From Sphingomicrobium sp. (lineage in GTDB: Bacteria; Pseudomonadota; Alphaproteobacteria; Sphingomonadales; Sphingomonadaceae), in assembly GCA_035536015.1 (NCBI GenBank), contig DATLOY010000003.1, positions 1-55,111 of the forward strand: a stretch of DNA of 55,111 nt. The letters are read 5' to 3'. Under the pieces are notes generated by a model. That model worked only from the letters and a program-made list of their open reading frames with translations, did no database searches and had not been told where the DNA came from. Of this stretch, positions 29,123 to 39,880 are shown piece after piece (position 1 is the first letter of the stretch; every line of letters starts with the position of its first letter). The position numbers were made by a program, and so were the translations under genes.

Positions 29123-30412
29123 TTGGGAAACGTCACCGTCATCGGCGCCCAGTGGGGCGACGAAGGCAAGGGCAAGATCGTCGACTGGCTGGCGAGCCGC
29201 GCCGACATGGTGGTGCGCTTCCAGGGCGGCCACAACGCTGGCCACACGCTCGTCGTCGGCGACCAGACCTACAAGCTCTCCCTGCTTCCGAGCGGAATCG
29301 TCCGCGGAACCCCGTCCGTCATCGGAAATGGCGTGGTGCTCGACCCGTGGGCGCTCAAGGCCGAGGTCGAAAAGATCGCTGCGCAGGGCATCGAAGTCAC
29401 GCCCGATGTCCTGATGATCGCCGACAATTGCCCCTTGATCCTTCCGATCCACCGCGACCTCGACGCTCTGCGCGAGGATGCGTCGGGCGCGGGCAAGATC
29501 GGCACCACGCGGCGCGGCATAGGCCCGGCTTATGAGGACAAGGTCGGCCGGCGCGCGATCCGCGTCTGCGACCTCGCCAAGCTCGACGATCTCGGCCCCC
29601 TGCTCGACCGCCTGTGCGCGCATCACGACGCTCTTCGCGCCGGCTTCAGCGAGCCGCCCGTCGACCGCGAACGCCTCCTTCGTGACCTTCGCGACATTGC
29701 CGGATTCGTCCTGCCTTTCGCCCGGCCGGTGTGGCGCGACCTGGATACCGCGCTGCAGCGCGGACGACGCATTCTGTTCGAGGGCGCCCAGGGCGTGCTG
29801 CTCGACGTCGACCACGGCACTTATCCCTTCGTCACATCGTCCAACACGGTCGCGGGAACGACCGGGTCGGGCACCGGTATGGGACCTCGGGCGGCCGGCT
29901 TCGTCCTCGGAATCGTCAAGGCCTATACGACGCGTGTCGGCTCAGGGCCGTTCCCGACCGAGCAGGACAATGAGATCGGCCAGAAGCTCGGGGAGCGCGG
30001 CCATGAATTCGGGACCGTCACGGGGCGACGCCGCCGCTGCGGCTGGTTCGACGCCGTTCTGGTGCGCCAAGCGGTGGCGGTGAGCGGAGTGACCGGCATC
30101 GCACTGACCAAGCTCGACGTGCTCGACCAGTTCGAAACAGTGAAAATCTGCACCGGCTACATGCTCGACGGCGAGAAGATCGATTACCTCCCCGCTCACG
30201 CCGCCGACCAGGGGCGAGTCGAGCCGATTTTTGAAGAGATCGAAGGGTGGCCCGGATCGACGCAGGGCGCGCGGAGCTGGGCCGACCTGCCCGCGCGGGC
30301 GATCAAATATGTCCGCCGGATCGAGGAGCTGATCCGCTGCCCGGTGGCTTTGGTTTCAACCTCGCCCGAGCGCGACGATACGATCCTGGTGCGAGACCCC
30401 TTCGCGGGTTAG
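29123..30412 (+). CDS. purA: Adenylosuccinate synthetase
   Basis: [50 protein letters not shown]; TTG start after AGGAG. Confidence 0.98.
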   Translation: MGNVTVIGAQWGDEGKGKIVDWLASRADMVVRFQGGHNAGHTLVVGDQTYKLSLLPSGIVRGTPSVIGNGVVLDPWALKAEVEKIAAQGIEVTPDVLMIADNCPLILPIHRDLDALREDASGAGKIGTTRRGIGPAYEDKVGRRAIRVCDLAKLDDLGPLLDRLCAHHDALRAGFSEPPVDRERLLRDLRDIAGFVLPFARPVWRDLDTALQRGRRILFEGAQGVLLDVDHGTYPFVTSSNTVAGTTGSGTGMGPRAAGFVLGIVKAYTTRVGSGPFPTEQDNEIGQKLGERGHEFGTVTGRRRRCGWFDAVLVRQAVAVSGVTGIALTKLDVLDQFETVKICTGYMLDGEKIDYLPAHAADQGRVEPIFEEIEGWPGSTQGARSWADLPARAIKYVRRIEELIRCPVALVSTSPERDDTILVRDPFAG

Positions 30413-30415
30413 CGA

Positions 30416-30880
30416 CTATTTCGTCGCGGCCGGAGACGGCGCCTTCAACGGAAAATTCAAGGAATGAACGATGCGCCAGCGGCAATCCAGGCCGCGACGA
30501 AGCACGTCCACTCCCCGATTCTCCGCGCGCACTTCCGGCTTGCTGCCGGGCAAGGTGACAACCCCGCGCCATGTCGAGAAGGCCGTTGCGAGATTTCCTG
30601 AAACGAGGACTTGATCCCACGTTGGAACCCATGTGGCCTTGCCGGTTCGGGCAAAGCTGCGGGCGTATCCCTCCTCCAGCTGTTTCCAATCCTGCTCCGC
30701 GGAGCCTTGAAATTCGAACCTCACGTCGGGCGAAAAAATCGCCATCGAACCGGCGAGATCATGCGCCTCATAAGCCCTCATCCAGCGCCTGAATTCGTCC
30801 CGGACCTGGGTTTCATTCGCCGGGGGGCATCGGGCGGCAGCTACGGCTGAGCTCGCTAAGGCGAGAAAGGCGAGAATCAT
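30416..30880 (-). CDS. Secreted SnoaL/NTF2-like (YybH/DUF4440) protein
   Basis: Signal peptide MILAFLALASSAVAA; WMRAYEAHD...WRIVH. Confidence 0.75.
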   Translation of the reverse strand: MILAFLALASSAVAAARCPPANETQVRDEFRRWMRAYEAHDLAGSMAIFSPDVRFEFQGSAEQDWKQLEEGYARSFARTGKATWVPTWDQVLVSGNLATAFSTWRGVVTLPGSKPEVRAENRGVDVLRRGLDCRWRIVHSLNFPLKAPSPAATK

Positions 30881-30962
30881 GGGGGCGCTCCGCTTGAGGA
30901 GGCAAACTGTCTGCGCCGCGCGAGAAGGACAGCGGTTTTCGACGAAGCGGCGGAATGCACCG

Positions 30963-31238
30963 CTAATGCCGCACTTCAAAGTCATCGAAGTCGAAGAGCT
31001 CGACGGTCCACTCCTGTACCTTTTCGACCTTTGCGGCCGGCGGTCCGCAGTGAAGCCGTTTGATGAGTTGCCGGACGGCAGCTTCATCGCCCTCGATATG
31101 CGCGTCCACCCTGCCGTCGGGGCAATTGCGTACCCAGCCAGTGACTCGAAGCGCCTCGGCTTGTTCGCGCATCCACGCGCGGAAGAACACGCCCTGCACT
31201 CGCCCGGTCACGCTGACGTGCCGAGCGATTTCGGTCAT
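30963..31238 (-). CDS. acyP: Acylphosphatase
   Basis: VTGRVQGVFFR, GWVRNCPDGRV; TGATG overlap with fabI. Confidence 0.95.
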   Translation of the reverse strand: MTEIARHVSVTGRVQGVFFRAWMREQAEALRVTGWVRNCPDGRVDAHIEGDEAAVRQLIKRLHCGPPAAKVEKVQEWTVELFDFDDFEVRH

Positions 31239-32041
31239 CACACGGTCGCGATGTCGGGCGCGTCCTCGGCCTTCATTCCGACGACATTGTAGCCCGCGTC
31301 GACATGGTGGATTTCGCCCGTCACTCCGCCGGAAAGGTCGGACAGGAGGTAAAGCCCCGCGCCGCCGACATCCTCGATGGTCACGTTGCGGCGAAGGGGC
31401 GCGTTATATTCGTTCCACTTCATGATGTAGCGAAAGTCGCCGATGCCGCTGGCGGCGAGAGTCTTGATCGGGCCCGCCGAGATGGCGTTGACGCGAATGC
31501 CTTCGGGCCCAAGGTCGCTCGCAAGATATTTGACGCTGGTCTCGAGCGCCGACTTCGCGACGCCCATCACATTATAGTGCGGGATGACTTTCTCGGCACC
31601 GTAATAGGTGAGGGTCAGGAGGCTGCCGCCTGCGCCCATCAGGGCCTTCGCCCGCTGCGCTACCGAGACGAAGCTGTAGACCGAGATGTTCATCGTCATC
31701 AGGAAATTGTCCATCGTTGTATCGACGAACTTTCCGCGCAGCTCGTTCTTGTCGGAATAGCCGATTGCGTGAACGACGAAATCGAGCGTCTTCCACCGCT
31801 CCTTCAGCGCATCGAATGTCTTGTCCAACGCCTTCATGTCGGAGACGTCGCAATCGACCAGCAGGTCCGAACCCAGTTCCGCGGCCAAGGGCCGCACGCG
31901 CTTCTCGAGCGCTTCACCCTGGTAAGAAAAAGCGAGCTCGGCGCCCTGTGCGGAAACGGCGCGCGCAATTCCCCATGCGAGGGACCGGTCGTTGGCGAGC
32001 CCCATGATCAATCCGCGCTTGCCTTGCATCAATCCACTCAA
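31238..32041 (-). CDS. fabI: Enoyl-ACP reductase
   Basis: GLANDRSLAWGIA, YNVMGVAK, AGPIKTLAASGI. Confidence 0.97.
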   Translation of the reverse strand: MSGLMQGKRGLIMGLANDRSLAWGIARAVSAQGAELAFSYQGEALEKRVRPLAAELGSDLLVDCDVSDMKALDKTFDALKERWKTLDFVVHAIGYSDKNELRGKFVDTTMDNFLMTMNISVYSFVSVAQRAKALMGAGGSLLTLTYYGAEKVIPHYNVMGVAKSALETSVKYLASDLGPEGIRVNAISAGPIKTLAASGIGDFRYIMKWNEYNAPLRRNVTIEDVGGAGLYLLSDLSGGVTGEIHHVDAGYNVVGMKAEDAPDIATV

Positions 32042-33072
32042 AGTTGCGGTCCCCCTGGTTCCAGTTCCGCCTCAACGTCTTCTCCGGGCTGCGGCTCCTC
32101 GACGTCCAACTCATCGCTGTACGGCCCGGTATAGACCTCGCCCTTTAGCGCGGTGGCGCCGCCTTCCGCCAGCGCCGCGTTCAGTTCGGCCCCCGTTACG
32201 ACGCCGAGGCCGATGACGAAGAAGAAGAGAAGCGCGATCATCACGCCCGCCAGGCTGCCGTAGGTAAGACTGTAACCGCCGACGAGGCCCATGACCTTCG
32301 GCAGAAGCTCGACCGTGATCAGCCACCAGACGGTGATCAGCATCGCACCCGGCCATTTCCTGCACCCCTGCTTGCGATAGCGCGCCGGAGTCAGGGCGAA
32401 GAACAGGACGTAGAAGGTCAGGAACAATGCCGCCGCAGGGATCAGGCGGAAGAATTCCACGGTGCTGATCACGTCCGTCGAGAAGGGAAACCAACGCTCG
32501 ATCGCCGCCTGCACGGAACTCAAGGTCACGCTCGCGGCGAAGGCGAACATCATCACCACGACCGAACCGAGGATCATCGTGATCGAACCCAGCCGATATT
32601 CCCAAAAGGGTGCGCAGAATTTGACGCCATAAGCGCGGCGCAGGATGTCGCGCACGGTCTCGACGAAGCTCGCCGCGCTCCACAAGCCGACCAGTGCCCC
32701 GAACCACAGCAGAGGGCCGGTCCGCGCGGTCAGCACCTCCTGGATCGGTGCCTGGAGCGTGCTCGAAACGTCCGACGGAAGCTCCGAAAGGATCGTCGCG
32801 ACAGTTCGCGTTCCATCCTGGCTTCGGCCGAGGAGCTTTGCGACTGCCGCGGCGAGGATGAAGAACGGAAAGAGCGCGAGGATAGAGAGATAGGCGAGAT
32901 TGCCAGCGTGAATGAAGCCGTCGTTATAGACGCCGAGAAGGATGCGCTTCACGATTTCCCAAGGCGTGACCTTCGGCCGAAGCTTCTCCTCGACCTCCGT
33001 CCCGAACGCAGCTCGGGTCGCAGCGAGCCGCTTGCGCCGTTCCTCGGGAGATAGCGGCGAATGGTCTCTCAT
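32038..33072 (-). CDS. YihY/BrkB family membrane protein
   Basis: AGNLAYLSILALFPF, multiple TM helices, TYGSLAGVMIALLFF...GAELNAA. Confidence 0.92.
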   Translation of the reverse strand: MRDHSPLSPEERRKRLAATRAAFGTEVEEKLRPKVTPWEIVKRILLGVYNDGFIHAGNLAYLSILALFPFFILAAAVAKLLGRSQDGTRTVATILSELPSDVSSTLQAPIQEVLTARTGPLLWFGALVGLWSAASFVETVRDILRRAYGVKFCAPFWEYRLGSITMILGSVVVMMFAFAASVTLSSVQAAIERWFPFSTDVISTVEFFRLIPAAALFLTFYVLFFALTPARYRKQGCRKWPGAMLITVWWLITVELLPKVMGLVGGYSLTYGSLAGVMIALLFFFVIGLGVVTGAELNAALAEGGATALKGEVYTGPYSDELDVEEPQPGEDVEAELEPGGPQL

Positions 33073-33084
33073 CCGTGGCGGGTC

Positions 33085-34044
33085 CTAAACCCCAAGCGAT
33101 TCTCTTGGGTTGCCGCCGCCCTGCCAGTGTTCGACGAACTCCTGCAATTGAGGATCCGAGGCCGGAACATCGATTTCGATACTGACCAGTAGATCGCCGC
33201 GCTTGCCATCCCTGGCGGTGAAGCCGCGCTCCTTCAATCTAAGCACCTTCCCCGAGGTGGTCCCCTTTGGGATGGTCAGCATGACCGTGCCCTCGGCAGT
33301 CGGCACTTTCACTTTGGCGCCGAGAACAGCTTCCTTCAGAGTCACTGGCAATTCGAGGCGAATGTCGTTCCCGACGCGCGTGAAAAAACGATGCGGCGCG
33401 ATTTCGATTGTCACGATCGCATCACCGCGGCCGGCAGGTCCGTCCTCCCCTTTCCCGGCGAGGCGGATCTTTGTTCCGTCATCCAGTCCCTTCGGCAGCT
33501 TCACGTCGATCGTCTTGCCATCCGCAAGCGTGATTCGTTGTGGTTTCAGCGCGACTGCATCCACAAACGGAATCTTGAGCCGGTAGGCGACATCGGCGCC
33601 CTTTTGTTGCGTCCGGGCACGTTGGCGAAAACCGGAGAATCCGGTGGGACCTCGCCCGCGCGTCGCCGCACCGAACAGGCCTTCGAAGAGGTCGCTGAGA
33701 TCGGCACCGTCGGCTCCGCCGAAATTGAAACTTTCGAACCCGGCTTGCCCAGGCCCAGCCCGAGGTCCGCCCGCGCCCGCCGAGTAGCCGCCGAAGCCCG
33801 CGCCGAACGGCATCTTGGGATTGCCCTCCTCGTCGATTTCACCCCGGTCATACCTTGCCCTTTTGTCCTTGTCGGACAGGAGATCGTAGGCATGGGTCAC
33901 TTCGGCGAAGCGCTTGGCTGCGTCGGGCTTGTCCTTGTTGCGGTCGGGGTGGAGTTGCTTGGCGAGGCTCCGATACGCCTTCTTGATGTCGGCCTCGCTC
34001 GCGCCGCGCTGCACGCCCAGGCGTTGGTACAAATCCAGAGCCAT
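33085..34044 (-). CDS. DnaJ-class chaperone (CbpA-like, no zinc finger)
   Basis: J-domain HPD motif, G/F-rich region, DnaJ C-terminal domain. Confidence 0.92.
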   Translation of the reverse strand: MALDLYQRLGVQRGASEADIKKAYRSLAKQLHPDRNKDKPDAAKRFAEVTHAYDLLSDKDKRARYDRGEIDEEGNPKMPFGAGFGGYSAGAGGPRAGPGQAGFESFNFGGADGADLSDLFEGLFGAATRGRGPTGFSGFRQRARTQQKGADVAYRLKIPFVDAVALKPQRITLADGKTIDVKLPKGLDDGTKIRLAGKGEDGPAGRGDAIVTIEIAPHRFFTRVGNDIRLELPVTLKEAVLGAKVKVPTAEGTVMLTIPKGTTSGKVLRLKERGFTARDGKRGDLLVSIEIDVPASDPQLQEFVEHWQGGGNPRESLGV

Positions 34045-34079
34045 TCGCGCTCCCATGCCGGATCAAAGCCTTGCTGACC

Positions 34080-34108
34080 AGATGGGTTGCCGTCCGGCGG
34101 AGGCCAAG
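34080..34108 (-). promoter_or_regulatory. RpoH-like promoter of the DnaJ-class gene
   Basis: Minus strand CTTG-N18-CCCATCT. Confidence 0.55.
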
Positions 34109-34126
34109 CCTAAGGCCGGTCGTGAA

Positions 34127-34702
34127 ATGACCGATCCCTTCGACCTGTTCGACGAATGGTTCACGGAAGCGCGCGCCGCGGAGGCCAACGACCCCGAAGC
34201 GATGGCGCTTGCGACCGTGGATTCAACGGGATCACCTTCGGTCAGGATCGTGCTCTTGAAGGGCCATGGTCCTGACGGGTTCACTTTCTACACCAATGAG
34301 CAGAGCGCTAAAGGCGACCAGCTTGCCCAGAATCCGCGGGCGGCCCTGGTTTTTCACTGGAAGGCGCTCCGCCGGCAGGTCCGCGTCGAGGGCGAGATCG
34401 GACGTGTCGCGGATGCCGAGGCCGACGATTATTTCGCCAGCCGCTCGCGAGATTCGCAGCTCGGTGCCTGGGCGTCGGACCAGTCACGGCCGCTGGAGAG
34501 CCGCGAGCTATTCGAAGAACGTTTCGAGGAGATGAAGCGGAAATTCGAAGGGAAAGAGGTCCAGCGGCCGCCGCATTGGGGCGGTTACCGAGTGGTGCCC
34601 CGACGCATCGAGTTCTGGACCGACCGGCCGCATCGGCTTCACGAGCGCCGTTTGTTCGTCCGGGAGGGCAATTCCTGGTCCGAAGGGCTGCTTTACCCAT
34701 GA
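34127..34702 (+). CDS. pdxH: Pyridoxamine 5'-phosphate oxidase
   Basis: RIVLLK, FYTN, RQVRVEG, IEFWTDRPHRLHER; start at MTDPF. Confidence 0.96.
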   Translation: MTDPFDLFDEWFTEARAAEANDPEAMALATVDSTGSPSVRIVLLKGHGPDGFTFYTNEQSAKGDQLAQNPRAALVFHWKALRRQVRVEGEIGRVADAEADDYFASRSRDSQLGAWASDQSRPLESRELFEERFEEMKRKFEGKEVQRPPHWGGYRVVPRRIEFWTDRPHRLHERRLFVREGNSWSEGLLYP

Positions 34703-35634
34703 CGACTGCCAAGATCGCCGCGCAGCACTCGGCTTTTTCCACACGAGCAGCGCTGGCCAGCGTCGCCCTCGCCCTCATCCTCCTCGTCGCCAAGGCCTGG
34801 GCCGCCTATGCGACCGATTCCACAGCGATGCTCGGCTCGCTTGCTGACACTGCGCTCGACGTGATCGCCAGCATCACGACCCTCGTCGGAGTGCGAATTG
34901 CCGCGGTCCCGGCCGATCACGACCATCGATTCGGGCATGGCAAGGCGGAGGCGCTGGTCGCACTGGCCCAAGTGGTGCTGATCACGGTGTCGGCGATCGG
35001 CATTGCCTGGCGAGCGATCGACCGGTTGATCAATGGCGCGCAGACCGAAGCCATGGGCGTCGGCATCATTGTCTCGCTGTTCGCGATTGCCGCGACCTTC
35101 CTGCTGCTCTGGTATCAGCGCCGGGTGATCGAGCGGACCGGGTCTGTCGCGATCAAGACCGACAACGTCCACTACAAGTCGGACCTGATGCTCAACAGCG
35201 CCGTGATCCTTGCATTGGTGCTCGACCAGGCGCTGCACATCGCGGGCGCCGACGCCCTGTTCGGCATTGCCATCGCGCTGTGGCTGGCATGGGGCGCGTT
35301 CCGCGCGTCCAGCGAGGCCGTGAACCAGCTGATGGACCGCGAATGGCCGGAGGAGGAGCGGCACCAGTTCCTCGCCGCCTGCGGGCAATATGCTGAACTG
35401 GAGGGCCTTCACGATCTTCGCACGAGGACCAGCGGTAATGTCCGCTTCGCGCAGTTCCACGTCTGGGTTCCGGCCGACTGGACGGTCCAGGAAGCGCACG
35501 ACCGCCTCGACCGGGTTGAGGAGCAGCTTCAGGAACGCTTTCCAGGAACCGAAATCCTTATCCACGTCGACCCGCAAGGCCAGATCGACCGCGAGACGTT
35601 CCTGACCTCAGAGATTACCGAGAGAGCCCAATGA
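34699..35634 (+). CDS. Cation diffusion facilitator (FieF-like)
   Basis: SLADTALD, PADHDHRFGHGKAEA, HYKSD, HDLRTR, IHVDP. Confidence 0.93.
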   Translation: MTTAKIAAQHSAFSTRAALASVALALILLVAKAWAAYATDSTAMLGSLADTALDVIASITTLVGVRIAAVPADHDHRFGHGKAEALVALAQVVLITVSAIGIAWRAIDRLINGAQTEAMGVGIIVSLFAIAATFLLLWYQRRVIERTGSVAIKTDNVHYKSDLMLNSAVILALVLDQALHIAGADALFGIAIALWLAWGAFRASSEAVNQLMDREWPEEERHQFLAACGQYAELEGLHDLRTRTSGNVRFAQFHVWVPADWTVQEAHDRLDRVEEQLQERFPGTEILIHVDPQGQIDRETFLTSEITERAQ

Positions 35635-36410
35635 CCAGCCTGCCCTTCTTCCAGGTCGATGCCTTTGCCGAGCGGCCGCTAACGGGGAACCCGGCCGCCG
35701 TCATGCCGCTGGAGCAATGGCTGGATGAAGAGGTCATGCAGGCGATCGCAGCGGAGAACAACCTTGCGGAGACCGCATTCACGGTTCCCGCCGAAAACGA
35801 TCAGGCCGACTACGATCTTCGCTGGTTCACTCCGACCGTCGAGGTGAATCTCTGCGGCCATGCCACTCTGGCCGCAGCGCACATCCTCATCCATTCGGAG
35901 CCCATCCGTTTTTCGACGCGATCGGGAATATTGAGGGTCAGCAGACGCGGCGACCTCCTCGACCTCGATATGCCTTCCGCAGTCCCGGAAAAGGCCGAGC
36001 TCCCTGAGCTGCTGGACGCGCTGGGCATCACGGGACAGACTTTTCTGAGCCGCTCCGGCAACGGGAACGCGCTCGTCCTGCTCGACAATGAACAAGCGGT
36101 GCTCTCGGTGCGGCCGGATTTTTCGGCCCTGGCGAAGCTCCCCTATCTCGTCTCCGTCACCGCGCCGGGCGACGATCATGACGTCGCGAGCCGCGTCTTC
36201 GCTGCCTTTCACGGGGTTCCAGAAGACCCGGTCACTGGGTCCGCTCACACCGCACTCGTGCCCTTCTGGGCCGAACGCCTCGGCCGCAATGAATTCACCG
36301 CGCTGCAGGCGAGCAGGCGCACCGGTGTCCTCTATTGCAGGCTGGAAGGGGATCGGGTGCTGCTCGGGGGACGCTGCCAGACCGTGATCGTGGGTCAGTT
36401 CCAACTTTGA
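35631..36410 (+). CDS. PhzF family isomerase
   Basis: QVDAF, GNPAAV, NLAETAF, RWFTPTVEVNLCGHATLA, EDPVTGSAH. Confidence 0.94.
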   Translation: MTSLPFFQVDAFAERPLTGNPAAVMPLEQWLDEEVMQAIAAENNLAETAFTVPAENDQADYDLRWFTPTVEVNLCGHATLAAAHILIHSEPIRFSTRSGILRVSRRGDLLDLDMPSAVPEKAELPELLDALGITGQTFLSRSGNGNALVLLDNEQAVLSVRPDFSALAKLPYLVSVTAPGDDHDVASRVFAAFHGVPEDPVTGSAHTALVPFWAERLGRNEFTALQASRRTGVLYCRLEGDRVLLGGRCQTVIVGQFQL

Positions 36411-36856
36411 GCTTCATCGCCTTCCTTGCGCTTGCAGCTGCCGCTCCTCGGGCGGATCGGGCGGCGATCCTAGACACGATCCACCGCATGGAGGCAGCCT
36501 GGAACCGCGGCGATTTCCGGGGGTACATGGCCGGGTTCAAATATCCCGATGTCGTCTTCGTTTCGGGCGGCAAGTTCCAGGCGGGCTGGCAAGGAACGCT
36601 CGACCATTACGTCCGCGATTATGGCGGGTCACCCGAGCGGCGTGGGAAGCTCCACTTCTACAACATGAAGGTGGACGTCCTCGGTCCCGACGCGGCCATG
36701 CTCATTGGCCGGTACCGCCTTGTCCGCGGCTCGCGAGTGACCGAGGGCGTGAACACGCGCCTGTTCCGCAAGGTCAGGGGCAAATGGCTCATCACGATGA
36801 ACCACGTGTCGGCCTATGACGTAAATCCGGCTACGACCGGGCAAGAAGCGAAATAA
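36407..36856 (+). CDS. Secreted NTF2-like (YybH/DUF4440) protein
   Basis: TTG start overlapping the phzF stop; signal peptide; AWNRGDFRGYMAG...RKVRGKWLITMNHVS. Confidence 0.78.
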   Translation: MSFIAFLALAAAAPRADRAAILDTIHRMEAAWNRGDFRGYMAGFKYPDVVFVSGGKFQAGWQGTLDHYVRDYGGSPERRGKLHFYNMKVDVLGPDAAMLIGRYRLVRGSRVTEGVNTRLFRKVRGKWLITMNHVSAYDVNPATTGQEAK

Positions 36857-37919
36857 GGTCGGCCTTCCAGAACTTGGCCCAGGTGTGCGTGCCGTGGCCA
36901 TGGGTTTCCGCGCTCTCGGGAATCAGCCGGAACTTCGCCTTCGGCATGCGCTTCACCGCTTGTCGCGGGACCTGGAGGTTGCGTGGGTTGATGAAGTCAT
37001 CGGCCGAGTTGACCCACATCATCGGCGTCGTGATCGCCTCCAGCCTCCCCCACGGATTGTAGTTCCGCGAAGAGTCGAGCTGGTAGATGAGATCGTTGGC
37101 GTCGAGCTCCTTGATTCCGGACGACACTCGGTCTTCCGCATAGGCAATGGCCGCTCCGCGCGTCGGATATTGGGCCTGATAATAAAGAGGCGCCGATCCG
37201 GCGATGAAAAGCAGGGATTCGGCGGTCCTGAGGCCTTGCGTCGGTTCTGCCCGGTAATCGCCGCCGTTCCACGCAGGATCGGCCTTGATCCCGTCGACCG
37301 CGAGCTGGCGCCACATGCGATTGAGACCGGCAATCTCGATCGGCTCGCAGGCGAGTGGCATCAAGGCCCTCGAAAAGGCCGGATAGGTTTCTCCCCAGAC
37401 GAAGGCATGCATGCATCCCATGGACGTGCCCATGATCAGCCTGAGATGCTTCACACCCAGGCCTTCGACCAGCATCCGGTGCTGCGCCTCGACCATGTCG
37501 TCATAATCATATTTTGGGAAATGCATCCGCATCCCGTCGGACGGCTTCGACGAATGACCGTGCCCGATATTATCCGGAAGGATGATCCAATAGCGGTTGA
37601 TATCCAGCGGCTGGCCACGGCCGTAGAGCTCGTCAGCGAACTGCGGCCTCAGGAACTGCTTCCCGTCGCCGCCGGTGCCGTGAAGGACCATGACCGCGTT
37701 GTCGATCTCTCCGGCCGCATTCCGATGAGGCGAGCCGAGGGTCGTGTAATGCATTCGGAGCTCGGAAAGGCTTTCGCCCGACCGAAACTTGAATTGCTTC
37801 AGGATCACATCGCCCTCGCGAGTCGGCCAGGTCGCAGTCGATACCGGCGTGGGAGAGCCCCATCCGCTCGGCGGCACGGCCGGCTGAGCAATCAGGGCAG
37901 CGGCGAGTAACAGGAACAT
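36831..37919 (-). CDS. Secreted alpha/beta hydrolase of the homoserine O-acetyltransferase-like family
   Basis: Signal peptide; LHGTGG, GTSMG nucleophile elbow, SADD, HGHGTH. Confidence 0.85.
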   Translation of the reverse strand: MFLLLAAALIAQPAVPPSGWGSPTPVSTATWPTREGDVILKQFKFRSGESLSELRMHYTTLGSPHRNAAGEIDNAVMVLHGTGGDGKQFLRPQFADELYGRGQPLDINRYWIILPDNIGHGHSSKPSDGMRMHFPKYDYDDMVEAQHRMLVEGLGVKHLRLIMGTSMGCMHAFVWGETYPAFSRALMPLACEPIEIAGLNRMWRQLAVDGIKADPAWNGGDYRAEPTQGLRTAESLLFIAGSAPLYYQAQYPTRGAAIAYAEDRVSSGIKELDANDLIYQLDSSRNYNPWGRLEAITTPMMWVNSADDFINPRNLQVPRQAVKRMPKAKFRLIPESAETHGHGTHTWAKFWKADLISLLARS

Positions 37920-38389
37920 CACTGAACTCCCCTCAACTTTTCTTCCAGCGCATCGAGCAGCGGAAGCTGGCTTGGAAGCATCAGCGAGCGAGCTTCCGCA
38001 AGGTTCATCCAGCGCGCTTCGGCGGCTTCCGGGAAACGCTGCATCCGGCCGCTTCTCGGCGGCCACTCAAGCTCGAAATCGATGCTTCGGATTGAAGCAG
38101 GGTCGAGATCGCCTTCGACCGCAAATGCGTCGACGATCTTGCCGCCGGCCTGCCGAATCCTGGCGAGAGCAAAAGGTACGGAGGTGAGCTTCGTGCCCGT
38201 CTCCTCCTCGAATTCGCGCAACGCAGCCTCCCCGGGAGCTTCACCGGGTTCGACCATGCCCTTGGGAATCATCCATGCGCCGGCGTCCTTATTCTTCCAG
38301 AATGGGCCGCCCGGTTTAATCAGAAGGACCTCCGTCAGGCCCTCGCGCTTACGGAAGAGAAGGATCCCCGCGCTACGCGGCGGCGGCAT
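37919..38389 (-). CDS. NUDIX hydrolase
   Basis: Nudix box [22 protein letters not shown]; PGGPFW; EWPPRSG. Confidence 0.9.
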   Translation of the reverse strand: MPPPRSAGILLFRKREGLTEVLLIKPGGPFWKNKDAGAWMIPKGMVEPGEAPGEAALREFEEETGTKLTSVPFALARIRQAGGKIVDAFAVEGDLDPASIRSIDFELEWPPRSGRMQRFPEAAEARWMNLAEARSLMLPSQLPLLDALEEKLRGVQ

Positions 38390-39491
38390 CGAGCGCTCTC
38401 TGCTCCGCTGAAACGGTCTCCGCAATCCAGCCGCCTCCCAAGAGACGCGTGCCGTCGTAGACGACCGCAGCCTGGCCGGGAGCAACGCCATATTCCGGCT
38501 GGGGGAAACGGACCCAGCCATCTTCGATCGTCGCAGGCACCGCCGGCGCGAGCGAGCGCACCTTCACGCTGACATCCCGCTGATGCTCGCCAAGCCAGTT
38601 CCAGTCCGTCACGCGCATGGATTCGACCGCGAGCGCCCGGCGCGGTCCGACCACGAGGCGCTTTTCCTCAGGATCGATGCGAACGACGTAGAGCGGCTCC
38701 TTCTGGCCGCCGATCTCGATCCCGCGCCGCTGGCCCACCGTGAAATGAACGACCCCGCGATGCTCGCCGAGCACATTGCCGTCCAGATCGACGACCTCAC
38801 CCGGCGCTTCGGTTTGTGGCCGAAGGCGCTTCACGAGGCCTGCATAATCGCCGTCGGGAACGAAGCAGATATCCTGGCTGTCCGGCTTCGCGGCGACTTC
38901 GAGCTCCAGCTCCATCGCGATCCGGCGCACCTCGTCCTTGGGCAAGTCGCCCAACGGGAAGCGCAGGAAATCGAGCTGCTCGCGCGTGGTGCCGTAAAGA
39001 AAGTAGCTTTGGTCGCGGCGCGGGTCGGCACCCTTGTGCAGTTCCGTACCGCCTGGGCCGACAATCCTGCGCACATAATGTCCCGTCGCCAGGCAATCCG
39101 CGCCGAGATCCCGCGCGAAAGCGATCAGGTCGGTGAACTTCACGCCCTGGTTGCACAGAGAGCAAGGCACCGGGGTCCGTCCCTGCGCATATTCATCCAC
39201 GAAACGGTCGATCACGCCGCTCCGGAAGCGGCTTTCATAATCGAGCACATAATGCGCGATGCCGAGGCGATCGGCGACTTGCTTGGCGTCATAGATGTCC
39301 TGGCCGGCGCAGCAGGAACCCGAGCGCCTCACTGCCTCGCCATAATCATAAAGCTGCAAGGTGACTCCAATGACCTCCGCTCCGGTCTCCGCGGCGAGCG
39401 CGGCCGTGACCGAGCTGTCGACGCCGCCGGACATGGCGACGACGACCCTGGCCTGCCGAGATGGCATCGAAAGATCGAAACTGACGGGCAT
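38373..39491 (-). CDS. mnmA: tRNA 2-thiouridylase
   Basis: [49 protein letters not shown]. Confidence 0.97.
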   Translation of the reverse strand: MPVSFDLSMPSRQARVVVAMSGGVDSSVTAALAAETGAEVIGVTLQLYDYGEAVRRSGSCCAGQDIYDAKQVADRLGIAHYVLDYESRFRSGVIDRFVDEYAQGRTPVPCSLCNQGVKFTDLIAFARDLGADCLATGHYVRRIVGPGGTELHKGADPRRDQSYFLYGTTREQLDFLRFPLGDLPKDEVRRIAMELELEVAAKPDSQDICFVPDGDYAGLVKRLRPQTEAPGEVVDLDGNVLGEHRGVVHFTVGQRRGIEIGGQKEPLYVVRIDPEEKRLVVGPRRALAVESMRVTDWNWLGEHQRDVSVKVRSLAPAVPATIEDGWVRFPQPEYGVAPGQAAVVYDGTRLLGGGWIAETVSAEQRALDAAAA

Positions 39492-39565
39492 TTGTCGGCG
39501 TCTTTACCCGAATTTCACTCCTGGAGGCTAGGGATTGCTCAACGAAGGCATCCGAAAGGGATGGT

Positions 39566-39790
39566 GTGGCGCGTCATGAGCCGGACATTCAAGCCTCCGG
39601 GGAGACACAGCTCAGCCTCACCGAGCTGCTGTCGCTCCTCGGCGAGCAGAAGGAAGGCTTTGAGCGTGAACGCCAGGATGCGTTCGCGTGCTTCCTCTCG
39701 GCCAGCGAAGGCTGGGCGGAAGCCGCACGCAGGCTCGGCGGCGCCTTCGCCAAAGACGCTCAAGAATTAAGGGATCGTAAGGCTGACTGA
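39566..39790 (+). CDS. Hypothetical protein (74 aa)
   Basis: Fills the gap between mnmA and sciP; purine-rich sequence before GTG; helical composition. Confidence 0.45.
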   Translation: MARHEPDIQASGETQLSLTELLSLLGEQKEGFERERQDAFACFLSASEGWAEAARRLGGAFAKDAQELRDRKAD

Positions 39791-39880
39791 CCGGGAAATT
39801 AACCAGCGCGTTTCAGATTCTTTTCAACGCAGGCGCTTAAAACGCATGACATCGGCAATGATTAAGCAGGTTTGACCAAG

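Noticed and set aside
39799-39880. Full CtrA box upstream of sciP
   Set aside because: Only half-sites and mis-spaced pairs; no TTAA-N7-TTAA found, so it is not called as a feature
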